Positions 1 through 11,836 are shown, numbered from the stretch's first letter. The stretch is 64,000 nucleotides of DNA from Patescibacteria group bacterium (GCA_041675145.1 JBAYUK010000002.1:216530-280529), one strand, 5' to 3'. A program made the numbers and translations. The notes: a model not told the origin generated them from the sequence alone.

Positions 1-2325
1 GCCATGCATGAGTTAGGTATGGGTCCATCGAGTAAATACAAGAAGTCTGCTCGTCTCGTGGGAGATGTTTTGGGTAAGTACCACCCTCACGGCGATACCG
101 CAGTGTACGACTCTATGGTACGTATGGCTCAGCCTTTTTCTTTACGCTATCCACTCGTGGATGGGCAAGGTAACTACGGTTCTGTAGACGGAGATAGTGC
201 AGCTGCTATGCGTTATACAGAGGCGCGTATGAGTAAGATCGCCCCAGAGCTCTTAGTTGATTTAGATAAAGAAACCGTAGATTTTCGTCCTAACTATGAC
301 GGGTCTGAACAAGAGCCATCAGTTCTTCCAGCTCGACTCCCAAATCTTTTGTTAAACGGTACCGAAGGTATTGCAGTTGGTATGGCTACGAAGATTCCTC
401 CTCATAACCTCGGAGAGCTAGTTGATGCCATTGTGGCCGTAATTGATAATCCAGAGGTTCCAGTTGAGGATTTAACTCAGTTTGTTCCTGGTCCAGATTT
501 TCCAACAGGTGCTTCAATCTATAACAGTGAGGAACTAAAGCTTGCATATACTGCTGGACGCGGAAAAGTAGTAATGCGCGCTGAAGCAAAGATTGAAGAA
601 GGAAAAAAAGGGAGTGATTTCCAGATTATTGTGACTGAACTCCCATACCAAGTAAACAAGGCTAATCTTGTTGAAAAGATTGCTGATCTTGTAAAAGAAA
701 AAAAGATTATTGGTATCTCAGATCTACGTGACGAATCAGATCGTGATGGAATTCGTATTGTCGTTGAACTAAAAAGAGATGCGTACCCGCAAAAGGTTTT
801 AAACTCTTTGTTTAAAATGACACAGATGCAGGAGACATTCCACATTAACATGTTAGCGTTAGTTGATGGAATACAGCCTCGAGTTTTAAACCTTAAGGAA
901 GTTATTGAATATTATATTCTACACAGAAAAGACATTGTTGTGCGTCGTACTGAATTTGATCTAAAGAAGGCTCGTGAGAGATTACATATTTTAGAGGGCT
1001 TAAAGATTGCACTCGACAATCTCGATGCAGTTATTAAGACTATTCGTGAATCAAAGACCAAAGAAGAAGCAAAGGAGAACTTAGTTAAGAAATTCAAGCT
1101 AACCGAGATACAAGCTCAGGCTATTTTGGATATGCGCCTCGCTGCTCTTGCTGCCCTTGAACGCAAGAGAATTGAAGATGAATACAAAGAGAAGCTTACT
1201 ATTGTAAAAGATCTTGAAGATATTCTTGCTAAACCAAAACGAGTCTTGTCTATTATTAAAGACGAAACAACTGAACTAAAAGAAAAGTTTGGCGACAAGC
1301 GTCGTACTCGAATTCATAAAAAACAAATTGGTCAGTTTAAAGAAGAAGACTTGATACCAAATGAAGAGGTGATTATTACTCTTTCTGAAAACAACTACAT
1401 CAAGCGTATGCCTGTAAATGTGTATAGGACACAGGGTCGTGGTGGTAAGGGCGTGATCGGAGCAACAGTTAAGGAAGAAGATGCTATTGCGCATGTTATT
1501 TCTGCGATGAATCACGACTACATATTATTCTTTACGGATAAGGGTCGTGTGTTTCAGGCTCGAGTCTTTGAAATTGTTGCGGGAAGTAGGATCAGTAAGG
1601 GTCAGGCAATTGTTAATCTCATACAACTTTCTTCTGATGAAAAAGTTACCGGAATAATTACCCTAAAGGACTTCCAGAGTAAAGGATACTTCTTTATGAT
1701 TACTCGTAACGGTACTGTTAAGAAGACTGCCGTAAAAGACTATCATAACGTTCGTAAGTCTGGCCTTATCGCAATTAAGCTTGATGCTGGTGATAAGCTT
1801 GATCGCATCAAGAGTACTTCAGGAAAAGATGAAATACTAATTGTGAGTTCGGAAGGTCAGTGTATTCGTTTCCCAGAAGCAGATGTTCGCCCAATGGGAC
1901 GTGCTACTCGTGGAGTTCGTGGAATTAAACTTCGCCCGAAGGACTTCGTTGTAGGAGCAGATGTTATATCTGAAGACGATAAAGGCAAGAAGCTTTTAGT
2001 GATTATGGAAAAAGGTCTTGGTAAAAAGACTAAAGTCACCGAATATAGCGCTCAGACTAGAGGCGGTATCGGAGTAAAGACTGCAAACATTACAGACAAG
2101 ACAGGAAAGATCGTAGGTACTACACTTGTGGGTGATGACGCCCTAGACCTACTCTGTATATCTAAAGAAGGACAAGTTATTCGTGTTCCTCTCAAGGCAG
2201 TACCAAGTCTTGGACGCACGACTCAAGGAGTACGTATTATGAAGATGAAGGAGAGAGATCGTGTTGCTTCTATGAGTGTTCTCGGAGCAGACGAGGGAGA
2301 AGAGGAAATAGATACGAAAGGATAA
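1..2325 (+). CDS. gyrA: DNA gyrase subunit A, partial (5' end lies outside the window)
   Basis: ORF 4..2325 has no real start. It carries the GyrA motifs YAMHELG-like, KYHPHGD and the active-site [11 protein letters not shown], followed by the C-terminal beta-pinwheel repeats. Confidence 0.9.
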   Translation, partial: AMHELGMGPSSKYKKSARLVGDVLGKYHPHGDTAVYDSMVRMAQPFSLRYPLVDGQGNYGSVDGDSAAAMRYTEARMSKIAPELLVDLDKETVDFRPNYDGSEQEPSVLPARLPNLLLNGTEGIAVGMATKIPPHNLGELVDAIVAVIDNPEVPVEDLTQFVPGPDFPTGASIYNSEELKLAYTAGRGKVVMRAEAKIEEGKKGSDFQIIVTELPYQVNKANLVEKIADLVKEKKIIGISDLRDESDRDGIRIVVELKRDAYPQKVLNSLFKMTQMQETFHINMLALVDGIQPRVLNLKEVIEYYILHRKDIVVRRTEFDLKKARERLHILEGLKIALDNLDAVIKTIRESKTKEEAKENLVKKFKLTEIQAQAILDMRLAALAALERKRIEDEYKEKLTIVKDLEDILAKPKRVLSIIKDETTELKEKFGDKRRTRIHKKQIGQFKEEDLIPNEEVIITLSENNYIKRMPVNVYRTQGRGGKGVIGATVKEEDAIAHVISAMNHDYILFFTDKGRVFQARVFEIVAGSRISKGQAIVNLIQLSSDEKVTGIITLKDFQSKGYFFMITRNGTVKKTAVKDYHNVRKSGLIAIKLDAGDKLDRIKSTSGKDEILIVSSEGQCIRFPEADVRPMGRATRGVRGIKLRPKDFVVGADVISEDDKGKKLLVIMEKGLGKKTKVTEYSAQTRGGIGVKTANITDKTGKIVGTTLVGDDALDLLCISKEGQVIRVPLKAVPSLGRTTQGVRIMKMKERDRVASMSVLGADEGEEEIDTKG

Positions 2326-2340
2326 TGTGGGGAACAATTA

Positions 2341-4332
2341 ATGAAGGTTTCAGATATTGCAAAAAAATTAAATCTATCGATTAAAGAAATCCGAGATAAG
2401 GCAACTGATCTCGGATTTGCTATATCTCAGAAATCGAACACGATGAGTGATAAGAAGGCTAAGGAGTTTATTGATCGTGTTATGGCTGAAAAGGGAATCT
2501 CTCCACAAAAAAAATCAGAAGATATCGGAGTAGCCGAGGAGGTTGTGAGTAACATTATCCAAATTCCTGAGATATTAACCGTAAAAGAACTCAGCGAAAA
2601 AATGAACCTACCGGTTACGAAAGTAATTACTGAGCTCATGAAGAACGGAGTAATGGCTAGTCTAAATGAGAGCATAGATTTCGAGACAGCTGCTATTATC
2701 GGGGAAATTTTAGGCTTTGACATCCGTCACTTAGAAAAAGAAACTTTAATAAAGAGAGTAAATAAGTTTGAAGGCGAGAAACAGCTACGACCACCAGTTA
2801 TAACTATTATTGGTCACGTAGATCATGGAAAAACGAGTCTTATAGACCACATCAGACGAACCAATGTTGTAGCGTCAGAAAGCGGGGGAATTACACAGCA
2901 TATTGGTGCTTACCAGGTAGAAAAAGGAAAGCGAAAAATAACCATACTTGATACGCCAGGGCATGAAGCGTTTTCTGCTATGCGTGAGCATGGAGTGCGC
3001 ATCACCGATGTAGCGGTATTAGTAGTCGCAGCAGATGATGGAGTTAAGCCTCAGACTATTGAGTCCATTAACTTCGCCAGAGAAGCGGGGGTGCCTTTAC
3101 TTGTTGCAATTAACAAGATAGATAAACCAGGAGCAAACATTGAAAAAACAAAAGGAGAGTTAGCTGAACTAGGACTTATTTCAGAAGACTGGGGAGGAAG
3201 TACTGTTATGGCACACATCTCCGCTAAAACTGGGCAGGGAATTGATGAGTTAATAGATCTTGTATTGCTTGTAGCTGACATGAAGAAGATTGAAAGCTAT
3301 CTTGATGTCCCAGCTAACGGTTTTGTGATAGAGTCACATCTTTCAACCAATCAAGGTCCACTAACTACAGTTCTTGTACGTGATGGTATTCTTCATGTAG
3401 GTGATTCATTTACTGTGGGTAGTACTGTTTACGGTAAGATTCGTTCTATGGTAGATTTTCGTGGTAAGAAGGTAAAGGAAGCACGACCGTCTGACCCTGT
3501 GCAGGTTTCTGGCCTCTCAATGCTTCCTCAATACGGAGATATTCTAGAAGTCACTCCAGATCTCAATGCAGCCAAAGAGAAGGTGATGAAGGCTGCTCAC
3601 GATAGGTCAGTAAAGAGAATAAACTCGGTATCGGGACTAGCTCAAGCATCTGCACGAATCCAGAGTGGTGAGATGAAAGAACTTAAACTTATTATAAAAG
3701 TTGACGTCGCGGGTTCACTGCAAGCAATTCGTGACTCTCTTGGTAAGTTACAATTTGAAGAGGTGAGAATAAAGATAGTTAACGATGGGGTAGGAGAAAT
3801 TAACGAATCTGATATTAAGCTTGCATCTGCATCTGGGGCATACCTGGTAGGATTTAGAGTAGATGTTGGGGTTAATGCAAAGAATCTTTTAGAGTCAAAC
3901 GCTATTACAGTTGAAACTTTTACTATTATCTACGAACTTATAGACGCGGTTATTCTTGCTGCTACGGGTGCAATGGAAGCAGAAGTCGAAGAGGTTCAGA
4001 TTGGTAGAGGAAAAGTTTTAAAGATATTTAAAGACAGTAAGCGAGATAAGATTATTGGTATTCGAGTTGAAGACGGATTCTTTGAAAGAGAAAAGAAAAT
4101 TATATTTACACGAAATGGGGAAGTAGTGGCCGAAGGAAAGATCATTACGATGAAAAAAGGTGATGATGATATAGCTACCGCTAAGAAGTCTACAGAGACT
4201 GGTGTGCGTGTAATGTTTAAAAATCAAGGAGTTGAGACTGATAGTAGTGAGAGTAGGATCGTTATAAAAGAAGACGACCAGGTTGTGGTATATAAATCAG
4301 AAAAGAAAAAGAAGGAGTTAACTCGTCTATGA
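2341..4332 (+). CDS. infB: translation initiation factor IF-2
   Basis: 663 aa with the G-domain [20 protein letters not shown] and NKIDK motifs. It follows the usual N-terminal domain, C-terminal beta-barrel architecture. Confidence 0.9.
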   Translation: MKVSDIAKKLNLSIKEIRDKATDLGFAISQKSNTMSDKKAKEFIDRVMAEKGISPQKKSEDIGVAEEVVSNIIQIPEILTVKELSEKMNLPVTKVITELMKNGVMASLNESIDFETAAIIGEILGFDIRHLEKETLIKRVNKFEGEKQLRPPVITIIGHVDHGKTSLIDHIRRTNVVASESGGITQHIGAYQVEKGKRKITILDTPGHEAFSAMREHGVRITDVAVLVVAADDGVKPQTIESINFAREAGVPLLVAINKIDKPGANIEKTKGELAELGLISEDWGGSTVMAHISAKTGQGIDELIDLVLLVADMKKIESYLDVPANGFVIESHLSTNQGPLTTVLVRDGILHVGDSFTVGSTVYGKIRSMVDFRGKKVKEARPSDPVQVSGLSMLPQYGDILEVTPDLNAAKEKVMKAAHDRSVKRINSVSGLAQASARIQSGEMKELKLIIKVDVAGSLQAIRDSLGKLQFEEVRIKIVNDGVGEINESDIKLASASGAYLVGFRVDVGVNAKNLLESNAITVETFTIIYELIDAVILAATGAMEAEVEEVQIGRGKVLKIFKDSKRDKIIGIRVEDGFFEREKKIIFTRNGEVVAEGKIITMKKGDDDIATAKKSTETGVRVMFKNQGVETDSSESRIVIKEDDQVVVYKSEKKKKELTRL

Positions 4333-5624
4333 AAAAAGTAGGATTAATTGGACTAACAAATGTAGGCAAATCAACGCTTTTCAATAGGCTTGTTGGTGAA
4401 AAACGAGCGGTTGTTTCTGATATCGCGGGTACTACCCGTGATTTTTTAACAGGAATAGTTAAGCTCAAAAAGAGTAAGCAAATAGAGCTATTAGACTTTG
4501 CTGGTTTTGACTTTACAGCATCAGGTCTCATTGAAAAGAAAGCACAGTTAGTAGTTCGTGACTGGATAAAGAAATGCGACATTATTATTTTTATAGTAGA
4601 CGGCAGAAAGCCTCTTAGCCCCGATGATCTTCTTTTGCGTAGTCTTGTTATGAAAATTAAGAAGCCTACTATAACAGTGGTGAATAAAGTTGAAGACGAT
4701 AAAGTTGAGATGGATAGTGGGGACTTTTATAAGCTAGGAGGGCAGCTCTTGTTTATTTCGGCTCTTAATAATAGAGGTGTTCAGAAGTTGCTAGAGAGAA
4801 TTGATGAATTAGCTTTTGAGGAAGATGGAGTAAAGATGGATCAAGAGATATTGGCTAAGATAGTATTTTTAGGTAGACCGAATGCGGGTAAGTCCTCAAT
4901 ATTTAACGCTCTTTGTGGGTATGAGAGGAGTATCGTTTCGGATATACCTGGTACCACTCGAGACCAGATTGATACTATTATAAATATGAATGGCTCCTCG
5001 TTTTTGGTTATAGATACTGCTGGTCTTAGAAGAAGAGCAAAGACTCATGAAGAGCTGGATGTTCTATCTACTAAGAAATCTTTATCAGCCATAAAAGATG
5101 CTGATATTGTAATTGTAGTGCTAGATGCAGGAGTTGGACTTGTTGCTCAAGACATCACTCTTATTGACCAGGCATTTAGTAATGGTAAGAGGGTAATCGT
5201 AGTAGTAAACAAGTGGGACCTTGTGAGTCGTGAGTATACCCAGACTCAGTATGCGAGTATGCTAAGAATAGATAACGCGTTGTTTAAAAAAGTTCCAATA
5301 TTTTTTACTTCAGTACCAAGGAGTAAAGGTATCGCAGATCTGGCTGAGTTCATCCGAGAGAACTATATCTCTTCAATGACCATACCGACTGCAAGGCTAA
5401 ATAGGGTTATAGAAAAGGTCAATGCGACATTACCAAGTACTCGTGGAAAGATCTACTATGCAACGCAAACCAGCAAGAGCCCTTTAGAGTTTGTTCTCTT
5501 TGTAAATAAAAAAGATCACTTTAATAGAAGTGGTCTTATGGCTATAGAAAATTCAATTAGGGAGACCTTTAATTTAATTGGTCTTATGATACGACTCATT
5601 ATTCGGGAGAAAGAAAAGAGATAG
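4329..5624 (+). CDS. der: ribosome-associated GTPase Der (EngA)
   Basis: Two tandem GTPase domains (GLTNVGKSTLFN, DIAGTTRD; GRPNAGKSSIFN, DIPGTTRD) and a KH-like C-terminus. Its ATGA start overlaps the infB stop. Confidence 0.85.
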   Translation: MKKVGLIGLTNVGKSTLFNRLVGEKRAVVSDIAGTTRDFLTGIVKLKKSKQIELLDFAGFDFTASGLIEKKAQLVVRDWIKKCDIIIFIVDGRKPLSPDDLLLRSLVMKIKKPTITVVNKVEDDKVEMDSGDFYKLGGQLLFISALNNRGVQKLLERIDELAFEEDGVKMDQEILAKIVFLGRPNAGKSSIFNALCGYERSIVSDIPGTTRDQIDTIINMNGSSFLVIDTAGLRRRAKTHEELDVLSTKKSLSAIKDADIVIVVLDAGVGLVAQDITLIDQAFSNGKRVIVVVNKWDLVSREYTQTQYASMLRIDNALFKKVPIFFTSVPRSKGIADLAEFIRENYISSMTIPTARLNRVIEKVNATLPSTRGKIYYATQTSKSPLEFVLFVNKKDHFNRSGLMAIENSIRETFNLIGLMIRLIIREKEKR

Positions 5625-5626
5625 TC

Positions 5627-6310
5627 TTAGTCAAAGTTTGGGTATGTAGGTTTACTTATCTGACCTATCTTAGTGATCTTAGGAATACTAATAGAGAGGC
5701 GGCCGATTTTGATTTGTTTCCATGGCGCAATTTTAATATATAGCCAGACTCGTCCGATAATATTTTTCTTGGAGACTGCACCGAAAACACGAGAGTCTGA
5801 GCTTTGAGTTCTATTGTCTCCCATGACATAATAGTTTCCGTCTTCAATTATGCCACTATCTGGTCCAATAGTGTTTTCAACAACCTGGTCTTGAAGATAT
5901 GGTTCCGGTAGTTTAACTGCCTTACTGTCTGATCCTTTTGATATAGTAACACCCTGGTTGAATTGAACTTTCTCTCCCGGTAGGGCTATTACTCGTTTGA
6001 TGTAGTTTTGATAGGTGTTAATTTGTGGCTTAAACACGATTACCTCACCTCTTTTAGGCTCAGTAAATTTATAACTTAGTTCATCAATTAATAGGTACTC
6101 TCCATTGTTAAAGTTTGGGTCCATAGATTGTCCTTCTACGTAAAAGGGTTGTACTAGGTAGAATCTGATAATAAAGGCTAGCCCAACTACAATGAACAGT
6201 GTTTTACCTACATCCCAAACAAAAGCAACTACCTCAAATAGCCAACCTAGAAAGGCAAAGCGATTTACGGGGTTTTCGGCTGGTATTTTTGGAATATCAT
6301 TTTCAAGCAT
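5627..6310 (-). CDS. lepB: signal peptidase I
   Basis: N-terminal TM segment, S26 catalytic Ser region (VEGQSMDP) and the GDNRTQSSDSR box. Confidence 0.8.
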   Translation of the reverse strand: MLENDIPKIPAENPVNRFAFLGWLFEVVAFVWDVGKTLFIVVGLAFIIRFYLVQPFYVEGQSMDPNFNNGEYLLIDELSYKFTEPKRGEVIVFKPQINTYQNYIKRVIALPGEKVQFNQGVTISKGSDSKAVKLPEPYLQDQVVENTIGPDSGIIEDGNYYVMGDNRTQSSDSRVFGAVSKKNIIGRVWLYIKIAPWKQIKIGRLSISIPKITKIGQISKPTYPNFD

Positions 6311-6409
6311 AAAGGTATACTAACAGAATACAAGGGTAAATAAAATATTTTTATTATGCTTATTGATATAGTATAATAGACAGACGGATTATCATATAAA
6401 GAGGGATAT

Positions 6410-7735
6410 ATGCAGCCTGAAATAGAAATCGTTACAATCAAAAAGAGCCCATTTAAGAAAACAGCCTTAGTTGGCGGATTTATTTTGTTGCTTATAATTC
6501 TAGGCTTCTTCTCGTATAGAGCCTACTCGTTGGCACATAAAGTAATTGCCTCTCGCTCAAATTCTGCCTCTCCGCTACTCAGTGAGGACATAGATTTAAC
6601 ACACGACTTAGAAAGACTCTCAGAGGGGGATAGAAGAGTGAATATACTCCTTCTAGGGATGGGGGGTGGCAATCATCCTGGTGGAGAATTAACTGATACG
6701 ATTATGGTTGCTAGTATTGATGTTAAGAATAAATCGGTTGCCATGATTTCGGTTCCACGAGATCTATATATCCCTGTTAAGTCTTTTGACCATGCAAAAA
6801 TAAACTCAGTATACTCTCTTGGCAAGGAGTCTTTTGAAAGTGAAGATAGGGCAATTGCGCTAGTAAAGGAGACCGTCAGTGACTTCTTGGGAGTACCAAT
6901 CCACTACTACGTTAGGGTTGACTTTGCAGGGTTTGAGAAAATTATCGACCTACTGGGTGGTGTAACTGTTGATGTAAAGAAAGATCTCTATGACGGAGAG
7001 TTTCCTGATAAAGATATGGAAGGGTATGATGCGTATTTCATTAGTAAAGGGATACATACTCTAAACGGAGAAGATGCTCTGAAGTATGCTCGTTCAAGAC
7101 ACTCAACAAGTGACTTTGACCGTGCACGCAGACAACAGGACATTATAGTGGCTTCTCGTGAAGCTGCCTTAAAGAAAGAAAATCTTCTTGATATCAAAAA
7201 GATGAATGAGATCCTTACCGTTTTGGCTGAACATATTAGGACTGACTTGCAGGTTGGTGAAATACAGGCGTTAGCAAAGATCGCCAAAACAATACCAAAC
7301 CAGAACTTTTCAAGTAAGGTAATTGATGACGGTAACGAAGGGCTCTTGTATGCTGATCGCTATGAAGAAATGTATGTTTTAGTTCCATATGATGATAAGT
7401 TCACGTCAGTTCATCAGTTTGTAAAGCAATACTTCAAAGACCCGTTCTTGTCGATGGAAGAGTCTCGGATAGCAGTAAGGAATGGTTCTGGGGTGGTGGG
7501 TGTCGGACAAAAACTTGCTGACGAACTAAAAGAGGGTGGTTTCAATATTGTCGATGTTTCTAACTCTGAAAAAAAGTATACGCAAACCTTTATGTATGAC
7601 TACTCTAACAACTTAAAAAAATATACGATACAATTTCTTCAGAATAGGCTAAAGCAGGCTCCAGTGGTTCAATTAGATAAGGAAGATAAGGGGTATGATA
7701 TAGAAATAATTATAGGTCAAGATTATGGAAAATAG
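6410..7735 (+). CDS. LCP family (LytR-CpsA-Psr) cell-wall glycopolymer transferase
   Basis: N-terminal TM segment, then an LCP core (NILLLGMGGGNHPGGELTDTIMVASID, ISVPRDLYIP, YARSRHSTSDFDRARRQQ) and a LytR_C-like tail. Confidence 0.75.
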   Translation: MQPEIEIVTIKKSPFKKTALVGGFILLLIILGFFSYRAYSLAHKVIASRSNSASPLLSEDIDLTHDLERLSEGDRRVNILLLGMGGGNHPGGELTDTIMVASIDVKNKSVAMISVPRDLYIPVKSFDHAKINSVYSLGKESFESEDRAIALVKETVSDFLGVPIHYYVRVDFAGFEKIIDLLGGVTVDVKKDLYDGEFPDKDMEGYDAYFISKGIHTLNGEDALKYARSRHSTSDFDRARRQQDIIVASREAALKKENLLDIKKMNEILTVLAEHIRTDLQVGEIQALAKIAKTIPNQNFSSKVIDDGNEGLLYADRYEEMYVLVPYDDKFTSVHQFVKQYFKDPFLSMEESRIAVRNGSGVVGVGQKLADELKEGGFNIVDVSNSEKKYTQTFMYDYSNNLKKYTIQFLQNRLKQAPVVQLDKEDKGYDIEIIIGQDYGK

Positions 7736-8456
7736 TCTTAAGAATATCCTACTTAACCAAAAGCCCTTTCTGCTATTAGCTGGTGTTGTGTTATTGTTGC
7801 TTGCGATACAGATGATCTTCCTATCCTTAATGGGGTTAGTAATCACTATAGCTTACTTTATGGTGCCGATATCACTTGTGCTTATATCTCTTTTTACTCT
7901 CCGTTTTTTTCTAAGACAGCTGGCAGAAGATAAGAGAAGGACTTTAACTATGTCGGTGTATGATATTGTGGCTGGTTTATTCTCGGTGAGTTTATTTGTC
8001 CTACTACCCGTATCAATACTTATTAAATACTTTGCCGTAGCTCTATTTGTAGTCTTTTGTGCAGTAAGGGCTATGTATGTTTCGAGACAAGACAATGCGC
8101 ATATCCAGACCTCAAGAGTAAGTGTAGGGTATAGTGTTGCAATGTACCTCGGTATGGTTGGAATATTTAGTATTTATGAGATATCGCATGAGAATATTCT
8201 CTTTATCTTGCTGTATGTATTTGTTTATATATCCACTTACTTTGCAGTTATCTTGTACTTGAAAAGAGGCATACATAGCTTTTTCCCAATGTCATTACTT
8301 ACAGGGGTTATTGCAGTAGAGCTGTTCTCGTCACTAGTATTTGCGGTAACCATTCCTCTGGTATTTAAAGTTCTATTATTCGTTTTGATGTTATATGTTT
8401 TAGAGAAATACCTTATAGATGGCATTATTCCACAAACAAGTAACATTGATACATAA
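7725..8456 (+). CDS. polytopic integral membrane protein, function unknown
   Basis: 243 aa with about 7 hydrophobic helices and no recognisable motif. It overlaps the LCP gene end by 11 nt, consistent with co-transcription. Confidence 0.4.
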   Translation: MENSLKNILLNQKPFLLLAGVVLLLLAIQMIFLSLMGLVITIAYFMVPISLVLISLFTLRFFLRQLAEDKRRTLTMSVYDIVAGLFSVSLFVLLPVSILIKYFAVALFVVFCAVRAMYVSRQDNAHIQTSRVSVGYSVAMYLGMVGIFSIYEISHENILFILLYVFVYISTYFAVILYLKRGIHSFFPMSLLTGVIAVELFSSLVFAVTIPLVFKVLLFVLMLYVLEKYLIDGIIPQTSNIDT

Positions 8457-8461
8457 ACTAT

Positions 8462-9406
8462 ATGTCTAGACGCGAGATTGTTACATTCTTTAGAAGAAAA
8501 GGTAAAAGGAGATTCCTTGTGCCTATTTTCTTATGCGTGATACTAATTTTATTCGTACATGTAGCTATACTATATAGGTACCAGTCTTCAACGAATTCGT
8601 ATATCAGCTACTTACGAGGAATTGCTCCATTGCCGTTAATTGTAGTTGGTAATCACTTCGTTACTATGAGTGACTATACGAAGGAGTTGGCTCTGTATAG
8701 GAGGATATATTCTAGTGTATATAGAGTTAACTTCTCTTCAGAAGGTAAGGGGTATAACGATATACAGGAATTAAAAGATTTTGTTCAACAGACGATGATA
8801 AACAGAATAGTACTGCAAAAGACTGCCGATAGTTTTTCTTTATCCGTTTCTACTCAAGATATAGATTCTGCTATTGAAGAGCTGCAGAAGAATGTTGGAA
8901 GTCGTGAAGAAACTTTTGGAATATTAAAGTTTGCCTCTGGGCTCTCCGAGAGTGATCTTCGTAAATTGATGTACTACGATCTTTTAGAAAAGAAGGTTAA
9001 GGAAAGAGTACTGTACCAGGTCCGTCTTGATGGGGTAGTGATAGATAAGACGGTGTCTTACGACTCTAGGGGAAAAAAAGCGAGTGCAGCTGAGGTAGCT
9101 CAAGATACAAGAGATGACATAGCTGCAAAGAAAATTTCTTTTTCTGACGCCAGGTCAGTGTATAAGTCACAAAGTAAAGACCTAGATCTTCTTGAATCAT
9201 GGTATGTTTTTGGTGATATACCTTCAATATTTAGAACCTCTCTTGATGATATTAAGAAAGGGGAGGTGGGCGGAGTAGTTGAGACTGAAGGTAGTTACTT
9301 TATACTACAGATTACAGAAGAAAGAGGTTATTTTAGGGGGACCTATTTTGACCTCTTGAAAAACCAACGAGATAGCATCTCCGTGCGTAGTTTTTTAACG
9401 ATATAA
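8462..9406 (+). CDS. hypothetical membrane-anchored protein, possibly a SurA-N/PpiD-like chaperone domain
   Basis: 314 aa with a single N-terminal TM segment and a long soluble domain. The chaperone assignment rests on weak resemblance only. Confidence 0.35.
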   Translation: MSRREIVTFFRRKGKRRFLVPIFLCVILILFVHVAILYRYQSSTNSYISYLRGIAPLPLIVVGNHFVTMSDYTKELALYRRIYSSVYRVNFSSEGKGYNDIQELKDFVQQTMINRIVLQKTADSFSLSVSTQDIDSAIEELQKNVGSREETFGILKFASGLSESDLRKLMYYDLLEKKVKERVLYQVRLDGVVIDKTVSYDSRGKKASAAEVAQDTRDDIAAKKISFSDARSVYKSQSKDLDLLESWYVFGDIPSIFRTSLDDIKKGEVGGVVETEGSYFILQITEERGYFRGTYFDLLKNQRDSISVRSFLTI

Positions 9407-9464
9407 CACAGAACTTGAAAAACAAGGCGTTAATTGGTATAATTAACCGTAAACCTATATATAT

Positions 9465-9538
9465 GCTCCCGTAGTGAAGAGGCCTATCACGTCTCCCTGT
9501 CACGGAGAAGATCGCCAGTTCGAATCTGGTCGGGAGCG
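9465..9538 (+). tRNA. tRNA-Asp (GTC)
   Basis: Cloverleaf: acceptor GCTCCCG/CGGGAGC, D-stem GTGA/TCAC, anticodon stem TCTCC/GGAGA with loop CTGTCAC, T-arm GCCAG-TTCGAAT-CTGGT. No CCA is encoded. Confidence 0.8.
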
Positions 9539-9561
9539 CTTTTACCTAGGCTCAACTTGAA

Positions 9562-9972
9562 ATGATTACTGAAGATCTCAGACGGTTTGTGTACGGAGTT
9601 CAAAAAGGGTTGAAGATCAACCCTTTTTATAAATACCTAAAAGATAATATTCTTTTTAAAAATAGAGCTCTTTGGCTCTTATTATTTGTTTGTCTTTTGC
9701 TCAACTTTTTCCTTTTTTTAATCTGGAGATATTCAATTGACACCGGGGCAGGGATTAGATTTATTGAGGAGCAACCAATAGTCCAGAATGCATTTTTTTT
9801 ACCTGCTGATTTTGTACTTCCATTTGTAAGTCTCTACTTCTTAGGTATAAATATAGTACTATCTGTTGTATTGTATCGTTTGACGCAAATGAAGATCTTT
9901 ATTTACACACTATTATCTGTAAGTATTGTTGTCTCGAGTGTGCTAATTATAGCAAGTTTGTTATCTATATAA
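9562..9972 (+). CDS. small integral membrane protein (136 aa), unknown
   Basis: Hydrophobic ORF lying directly upstream of the glycosyltransferase with a 6-nt gap. Confidence 0.35.
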   Translation: MITEDLRRFVYGVQKGLKINPFYKYLKDNILFKNRALWLLLFVCLLLNFFLFLIWRYSIDTGAGIRFIEEQPIVQNAFFLPADFVLPFVSLYFLGINIVLSVVLYRLTQMKIFIYTLLSVSIVVSSVLIIASLLSI

Positions 9973-9978
9973 ACTGTT

Positions 9979-11601
9979 ATGGAATCAAAAACAAGGCTTC
10001 ATAGATTACTTGAGATTGTACCCGGAGCAGTTACCTGGATGGTTTTATGTACTCCATTTATACTCGGCCTATACACACCTCGCTATCTCGCTTACTTTGT
10101 AATCTTCTTTGACCTCTATTGGCTTATTAAAGCAATGTACATGGGAGGTTTCCTTATTTCTTCACATATTCATATGGAAAGAGACAAGAGGATAAACTGG
10201 TTTGATCGTTGCCAGGCATTACTTGACCTACCACGCGCGATTGAAGAGAAGAAGGCTGAACTCGCTACAGTGGGGTTTCTTCACAAGAAAAAAATTAGAG
10301 AAGAGCTATCTGAATTAGTTGTATTGCAGGATCAGGAGCCGAATTATTTAAAGCGTTGGGATCAAATATATCACTTAGTGCTTCTCCCGCACTATAAAGA
10401 TGAGTACCAGATCATTCGTAGTGCAGTAGCGTCATGCGCTCACGGTAACTTTCCTAGCCAAAAAATGATTATTGTAATTGCACTTGAAGAAAGAGAAGAA
10501 GGTGAGGCAAAGTTTGAAAAAGTTAAGAAAATTCAGGAAGAGTTTGGCGATTACTTCTATGACATTTTTTATACATTACATGCAGATGCTCCTAATGAGA
10601 TTAAGGGTAAGAGCGCAAATATCAAGTGGGCAGGGAAGGTTATCCAAAAGTATATAGATGAAAAGGGTATTCCATATGACGACATTATGGTTTCTGCCTT
10701 TGATGGTGATACAAGAGTTAGCTCAGAGTACTTCGGTTGTCTAACTTACAAGTATCTTATTACTCCAGAGAGAACAAAAAGAACATACCAGCCTATTCCG
10801 TTATTTAACAATAATATATGGGAGGTGCCATTTTTAGTTCGACTCGTTTCTTTTGGGTCATCGTTTTGGCAGATGATAGAAAGTTGTCGTCCATATAGGC
10901 TCATTAACTTCTCTTCACAGGCGATGAGTCTAAGAACGCTAGTGGACATAGATTTTTGGGATGAGAAGATTGTTTCAGAGGACTCAAGACAGTACTACAG
11001 AGCCTTTTTCCGTTATCATGGAAATCACCAGGCTATACCGCTATTTACTCCAGTAAATATGGATGCTGTTTTAGGAAACTCACTGTGGCAGACATTTAAG
11101 TACCAATATTACCAGAAGAGACGTTGGGCGTGGGGGGTAGAGAACTTCCCGTATCTAGTTCTTGAATCTATGGCACACCCTGAGATTGTATTTTGGAAGA
11201 AGTTTATTTTAGTGTGGCGTATCTTTATTGGTAGCGTGGAGTGGTCAACAGCATCACTACTTATTGCATTCGCTGGTTGGTTACCGATTTTGCTCAACGC
11301 TGACTTCAGGGACAGTGTCCTGGCTTACAACTTACCAATCATTGCCAGAAACATACTGATGGCTACCTGGATAGGTATTTTTGCTTCTACGTATATAAGC
11401 TTGAAACTTGTGCCGCCACGACCAAAGAACTATCCTAAGGCAAAAGCAATAGAAATGATAGTACAATGGATCTTCGTTCCGATTACTGCTATTTTCTTTG
11501 GCTCAATACCTGCAATAGACGCTCAAACTCGAATGATGTTAGGAGGAAGATTCCGTCTTGGTTTTTGGGTTACCCCGAAGAAGTTCGTAAGACCAGACTA
11601 G
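9979..11601 (+). CDS. processive family-2 glycosyltransferase (cellulose/chitin/hyaluronan-synthase-like membrane polysaccharide synthase)
   Basis: 540 aa with N- and C-terminal TM helices. The central GT-A domain carries LHADAP, FDGDTRV and the hallmark QxxRW motif (YYQKRRWAWG). Confidence 0.65.
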   Translation: MESKTRLHRLLEIVPGAVTWMVLCTPFILGLYTPRYLAYFVIFFDLYWLIKAMYMGGFLISSHIHMERDKRINWFDRCQALLDLPRAIEEKKAELATVGFLHKKKIREELSELVVLQDQEPNYLKRWDQIYHLVLLPHYKDEYQIIRSAVASCAHGNFPSQKMIIVIALEEREEGEAKFEKVKKIQEEFGDYFYDIFYTLHADAPNEIKGKSANIKWAGKVIQKYIDEKGIPYDDIMVSAFDGDTRVSSEYFGCLTYKYLITPERTKRTYQPIPLFNNNIWEVPFLVRLVSFGSSFWQMIESCRPYRLINFSSQAMSLRTLVDIDFWDEKIVSEDSRQYYRAFFRYHGNHQAIPLFTPVNMDAVLGNSLWQTFKYQYYQKRRWAWGVENFPYLVLESMAHPEIVFWKKFILVWRIFIGSVEWSTASLLIAFAGWLPILLNADFRDSVLAYNLPIIARNILMATWIGIFASTYISLKLVPPRPKNYPKAKAIEMIVQWIFVPITAIFFGSIPAIDAQTRMMLGGRFRLGFWVTPKKFVRPD

Positions 11602-11690
11602 CTGGGGATGTGCTTGAAAAAAAGGATGATTGTGGTACAATAGGACGGCACCCTATATGGATGCTCTTTTATAAATATCTGTAATAGTGT

Positions 11691-11764
11691 CGGGGAGTGG
11701 CGCAGCTGGCTAGCGCACCTGGTTTGGGACCAGGGGGTCGCAGGTTCGAATCCTGTCTCCCCGA
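11691..11764 (+). tRNA. tRNA-Pro (TGG)
   Basis: Acceptor CGGGGAG/CTCCCCG, D-stem GCGC/GCGC, anticodon stem CCTGG/CCAGG with loop TTTGGGA, T-loop TTCGAAT. Confidence 0.85.
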
Positions 11765-11836
11765 TTTTTTACAAGAAAATGTTTGGTAGTTATATAAGTT
11801 AAGACATTAGTCTTAACAGAATAAATTGCCATATGA

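Noticed and set aside
11466-11684. 72-aa + strand ORF overlapping the end of the GT2 gene
   Set aside because: It is an alternative frame of a strongly supported CDS and has no independent start signals.
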